The notes under the pieces are model-generated. The model was not told the DNA's origin. It ran no database searches and saw only the letters and a list, made by a program, of their open reading frames with translations. From a virus (lineage: Duplodnaviria; Heunggongvirae; Uroviricota; Caudoviricetes), in IMG/VR virus record IMGVR_UViG_2537562019_000014: DNA of 19,722 nucleotides; one strand, given 5' to 3'. The position numbers and the translations under genes were made by a program. Each line of letters begins with the position of its first letter. The stretch's first letter is position 1. Shown here piece after piece: positions 16,516-19,722 of this stretch.

Positions 16516-17012
16516 TGCAGTCATCATTACGCAAAGCTGTCGCAACTGCTATTGGTGGCGGGGCTATTGCCATAGCATCTGTGCTCATCTCTGGTCCGAG
16601 CGGCAACGATGGTCTGGAAGGTGTGAAATATAACCCCTACAAAGACATCGTTGGTGTATGGACTGTATGTTACGGGCATACAGGAAAAGACATTATGCTC
16701 GGTAAAACGTATACCGAAGCAGAATGCAAAGCTCTCCTGAATAAAGACCTTGCTACTGTCGCCATACAAATTAACCCGTACATCAAAGTCGATATACCGG
16801 AAACAACGCGCGGTGCTCTTTACTCGTTCGTTTACAACGTGGGTGCAGGCAATTTCAGAACATCGACACTTCTTCGCAAAATCAACCAGGGCGATATCAA
16901 AGGTGCATGTGATCAACTACGTCGCTGGACATATGCTGGCGGTAAGCAATGGAAAGGCCTGATGACTCGTCGTGAGATTGAGCGTGAAGTCTGTTTGTGG
17001 GGGCAACAATGA
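16512..17012 (+). CDS. SAR endolysin (GH24 lysozyme, phage-21 R-like)
   Basis: N-terminal Gly/Ala-rich signal-anchor-release segment [20 protein letters not shown], then a lysozyme domain; start overlaps the holin stop. Confidence 0.85.
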   Translation: MMQSSLRKAVATAIGGGAIAIASVLISGPSGNDGLEGVKYNPYKDIVGVWTVCYGHTGKDIMLGKTYTEAECKALLNKDLATVAIQINPYIKVDIPETTRGALYSFVYNVGAGNFRTSTLLRKINQGDIKGACDQLRRWTYAGGKQWKGLMTRREIEREVCLWGQQ

Positions 17013-17476
17013 GCAGAGTAACCGCAATTATCTCCGCTCTGGTTATCTGCATCATCGTCTGCCTGTCGTGGGCGGTCAATCATTACCGTGATAACGCCAT
17101 CGTCTACAAAGAACAGCGAGATAAAAAAGTCAGTGAGCTGAAGCAGGCGACCGCCACCATTACTGACATGCAGCAGCGCCAGCGTTCTGCTGATGCACTC
17201 GATGCTAAATACACGAAGGAGTTAGCTTATGCGAAAGCTGAAAATGATGCTCTTCGGCGCAAGCTTGATAATGGTGGTCGGGTGTTCGTCAAAGGAAAAT
17301 GCCCTGTGCCATCCTCAGCCGAAACCTCCAGCGCCTCCGGCATGGGCAATGATGCCACCGTCGAACTCTCTCCAGTTGCTGGACGAAACGTTCTCGGTAT
17401 CCGGGACGGAATTATCCGCGACCAAACAGCACTGAGAACGCTTCAGGAATACATCGGGACGCAATGCCTTCGATGA
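17009..17476 (+). CDS. Rz: Rz-like inner-membrane spanin
   Basis: ATG overlaps the endolysin stop (ATGA); N-terminal TM segment then coiled-coil-like region; contains an embedded +1-frame lipoprotein gene. Confidence 0.75.
   Translation: MSRVTAIISALVICIIVCLSWAVNHYRDNAIVYKEQRDKKVSELKQATATITDMQQRQRSADALDAKYTKELAYAKAENDALRRKLDNGGRVFVKGKCPVPSSAETSSASGMGNDATVELSPVAGRNVLGIRDGIIRDQTALRTLQEYIGTQCLR
17229..17435 (+). CDS. Rz1: Rz1-like outer-membrane lipoprotein spanin, embedded in Rz
   Basis: Entirely within Rz in another frame; lipobox VVGC; proline-rich mature region [11 protein letters not shown], similar to lambda Rz1. Confidence 0.7.
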   Translation: MRKLKMMLFGASLIMVVGCSSKENALCHPQPKPPAPPAWAMMPPSNSLQLLDETFSVSGTELSATKQH

Positions 17477-17649
17477 TAGCGATAATTTTACTCATCATCC
17501 TTCACATCTGGCTCTGTAGACAGGATGGTGATCACTTCTGGAGTGAATCCAGATTAAACATCTCATTGCTGATGCTTGATATTGAGCATCTTGCGCGCGG
17601 TAAGGGGCTGCGTTGAGATAAGAGCCAGTCATTACAAATACCAGGATTT

Positions 17650-17674
17650 AGCCTCGCATTCGCGGGGCTTTTTA
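17650..17674 (+). terminator. Intrinsic terminator downstream of the lysis cassette
   Basis: AGCCTCGC-ATTC-GCGGGGCT stem with one G-U pair, followed by TTTTTA. Confidence 0.5.
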
Positions 17675-17885
17675 TATCTGAATTTCACAGCGCATCTCAC
17701 GCGCATATTAACGAGAGCCTTTCAGTAAGCGAGCCTGAGAAATGCCGTGAACGGGATTATTTCACACTCAGAGAGCGAATCGTCACAGTGACGAAACAGG
17801 TTGGATATTTGCAGGAGTACATCAGGACGCAATGCCTGAATTAATCCATCTGCATCAAACACGAACTCAATTTGTTGGATAGTGA

Positions 17886-18197
17886 ATGAAAATTTATATT
17901 GCCGGGCCAATGACGGGATATGAGAACTCTAATCGTGACGCCTTTAATAAAGAGGCTGATCGTTTGTCACGACATGGTCACTCTGTCTTGAATCCAGCCT
18001 CTTTGCCTAATGGTCTGACACAACGTGAATACATGGATATTTGCTTTGCAATGCTCCGTTGTGCTGATGCTATTTTGATGCTTCCTGGCTGGAAAGCGTC
18101 TGCTGGAGCAACTGCTGAGTATCATTACGCATACAAGATGGAGATGCCGGTATTCACTACGTTGAATTACCCGCCAGCTTGTTCCTCTGTAGCATAA
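17886..18197 (+). CDS. Hypothetical protein (103 aa), nucleoside 2-deoxyribosyltransferase-like (DUF4406-type) N-terminal signature
   Basis: N-terminus MKIYIAGPMTG, recalled as characteristic of that phage-associated family. Confidence 0.45.
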   Translation: MKIYIAGPMTGYENSNRDAFNKEADRLSRHGHSVLNPASLPNGLTQREYMDICFAMLRCADAILMLPGWKASAGATAEYHYAYKMEMPVFTTLNYPPACSSVA

Positions 18198-18216
18198 AAA
18201 TCTCTTTGTTTCTCGT

Positions 18217-18234
18217 GTGCGACCGTGGTCGCAC
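18217..18234. repeat. SopB-type centromere-like palindrome, copy 4 (centre GT, inverted orientation)
   Basis: GTGCGACC-GT-GGTCGCAC, 20 nt after the stop of the preceding gene. Confidence 0.55.
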
Positions 18235-18262
18235 GCATTTCTTTTATTGCTTTGAGGTAGAT

Positions 18263-18472
18263 ATGTCAGTAGCTGTTTTCGAGGCACTCAATGCACGTAT
18301 TAACCAACTTGAAAGTAAGGTGAAGGAATACGAGCAGCGACAGGCTGAGGCAGATGAGAAGACTCAGAACGAACTTTTCCTGGAGTTTCTTGCCATCGTT
18401 CACGAACTGATGCCGTTAGTTAATCAGGCGCTGATGACAGGACTGAAGGATGGAGATTTACACAGTAGGTAA
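18263..18472 (+). CDS. Hypothetical small helical protein (69 aa)
   Basis: ATG 18263 with GAGG RBS; the ORF track begins earlier at 18179 without RBS support. Confidence 0.5.
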   Translation: MSVAVFEALNARINQLESKVKEYEQRQAEADEKTQNELFLEFLAIVHELMPLVNQALMTGLKDGDLHSR

Positions 18473-18489
18473 ACCTGATCTTCTGTCTT

Positions 18490-18700
18490 ACGGGTCCTTT
18501 CCGGTGATCCGGAGCGTTACGGGGCGGAAGGCGCGCGGGTTTTCGCTATTTATGAAAATTTTCCGGTTTAAGGCGTTTCCGTTCTTCTTCTCCGTAACTT
18601 CATGTTTTTATTTAAAACACCCCCTGAAAAGAAAGGAAACGACAGATGCTGAAAACGGGCTTTTTGGCCTTTGTCGTTTCCTTTCTCTGTTTTTGTCCGT
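18490..18700. other. Lambda-type cos region (cosQ/cosN/cosB); cosN 12-mer at 18522-18533
   Basis: Near-identical to recalled lambda genome termini: ...TTACGGGTCCTTTCCGGTGATCC...GTTACG | GGGCGGAAGGCG | CGCGGGTTTTCGCTATTTATGAAAATTTTCCGG...; R-site-like CGTTTCCTTTCT upstream of Nu1. Confidence 0.7.
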
Positions 18701-18710
18701 GGAATGAATA

Positions 18711-19256
18711 ATGGAAGTCAACAAAAAGCAGCTGGCTGATATTTTCGGTGCGAGTATCCGTACCATTCAGAACTGGCAGGAGCAGGGAATGCCCGTTTTA
18801 CGAGGCGGTGGCAAGGGTAATGAGGTGCTTTATGATTCTGCCGCCGTCATAAAATGGTATGCCGAAAGGGATGCTGAAATTGAGAACGAAAAGCTGCGCC
18901 GGGAGGTTGAAGAACTGCGGCTGGCCAGCGAGGCAGATCTTCACCCCGGAACACTTGAATTTGAGCGCCATCGCCTGACTCGTGCTCAGGCGACGGCGCA
19001 GGAACTGAAAAATGCCAAAGAATCGGCTGAAGTGGTGGAAACCGCATTCTGTACTTTCGTGCTGTCGCGTATAGCAAGGGAAATATCCAGTATTCTCGAC
19101 GGTATTCCTCTGTCGGTGCAGCGACGTTTTCCTGAGCTGGATAACCGGCATATTGATTTTCTGAAACGGGATATTATCAAAGCCATGAACAAAGCAGCCG
19201 CGCTGGATGAACTGATACCGGGGTTGCTGAGTGAATATATCGAACAGTCAGGTTGA
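18711..19256 (+). CDS. nu1: Terminase small subunit (lambda Nu1-like)
   Basis: 181-aa protein nearly identical to recalled lambda Nu1 (MEVNKKQLADIFGASIRTIQNWQEQGMPV...). Confidence 0.9.
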   Translation: MEVNKKQLADIFGASIRTIQNWQEQGMPVLRGGGKGNEVLYDSAAVIKWYAERDAEIENEKLRREVEELRLASEADLHPGTLEFERHRLTRAQATAQELKNAKESAEVVETAFCTFVLSRIAREISSILDGIPLSVQRRFPELDNRHIDFLKRDIIKAMNKAAALDELIPGLLSEYIEQSG

Positions 19257-19722
19257 CAGGCTGCGGCATTTTGTCCGCGCCGGGCTTCGTGCCCTGTTCA
19301 GGCCGGAGCCACAGACCGCCGTTGAATGGGCGGATGCTAATTACTATCTCCCGAAAGAATCCGCATACCAGGAAGGGCGCTGGGAAACACTGCCCTTTCA
19401 GCGGGCCATCATGAATGCGATGGGCAGCGACTACATCCGTGAGGTGAATGTGGTGAAGTCTGCCCGTGTCGGTTATTCCAAAATGCTGCTGGGTGTTTAT
19501 GCCTACTTCATAGAGCATAAGCAACGCAACACACTTATCTGGTTGCCGACGGATGGTGATGCCGAGAACTTCATGAAAACCCACGTTGAGCCGACCATAC
19601 GTGATATTCCGTCGCTGCTGGCGCTGGCCCCGTGGTATGGCAAAAAGCACCGGGATAACACGCTCACCATGAAGCGTTTCACCAATGGGCGTGGCTTCTG
19701 GTGCCTGGGGGGTAAAGCGGCA
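19231..19722 (+). CDS. A: Terminase large subunit (lambda gpA-like), 5' partial, runs off the window end
   Basis: GTG start at 19231 overlapping the nu1 3' end; own translation MNISNSQVDRLRHFVRAGL...AVEWADANYYLPKESAYQEGRWETLPFQ matches the lambda gpA N-terminus; absent from the ORF track because no stop falls inside the window. Confidence 0.9.
   Translation, partial: MNISNSQVDRLRHFVRAGLRALFRPEPQTAVEWADANYYLPKESAYQEGRWETLPFQRAIMNAMGSDYIREVNVVKSARVGYSKMLLGVYAYFIEHKQRNTLIWLPTDGDAENFMKTHVEPTIRDIPSLLALAPWYGKKHRDNTLTMKRFTNGRGFWCLGGKAA

Noticed and set aside
17722-17910. 62-aa minus-strand ORF
   Set aside because: Overlaps the duplicated Rz fragment and the start of the next plus-strand gene; no RBS.
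18798-19650. Minus-strand ORFs within nu1 and A
   Set aside because: Antisense to near-lambda-identical terminase genes.
1-19722. CRISPR arrays, tRNA/rRNA genes, integrase or transposase
   Set aside because: No regularly spaced direct repeats, no tRNA-like structures and no recombinase-like ORFs were seen; their absence fits a non-integrating linear plasmid prophage.

Overview
This window reads as almost the whole right arm of an N15-like linear phage-plasmid (a temperate phage maintained as a linear plasmid with hairpin ends), running into a lambda-type cos site and the first two left-arm genes. Order: a partial telRL palindrome at base 1, protelomerase telN (+), two minus-strand operons of small proteins, the 1331-aa primase-helicase repA (-) with an ori-like palindrome in its 3' end, the immunity core cB (-) / cro (+) / Q-position gene (+), a tightly coupled 7-gene plus-strand accessory operon, a LexA-box-controlled small gene, a HigB/HigA-like toxin-antitoxin pair whose toxin is frameshifted, a structured late-promoter/terminator region, a DNA methyltransferase, a phage-21-type lysis cassette (pinholin, SAR endolysin, Rz with embedded Rz1), cos, terminase Nu1 and the start of terminase A. 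Four copies of an 18-bp palindrome resembling the F-plasmid SopB binding site are dispersed across the arm. No integrase, transposase, tRNA, rRNA or CRISPR array was seen. The best candidates for an undescribed system are the coupled four-gene operon immediately downstream of repA (4463-3229) and the exonuclease-led operon at 10767-13073; neither has an assignable function from sequence alone. All identifications are from reading the sequence and recalled family features; no database search was run.
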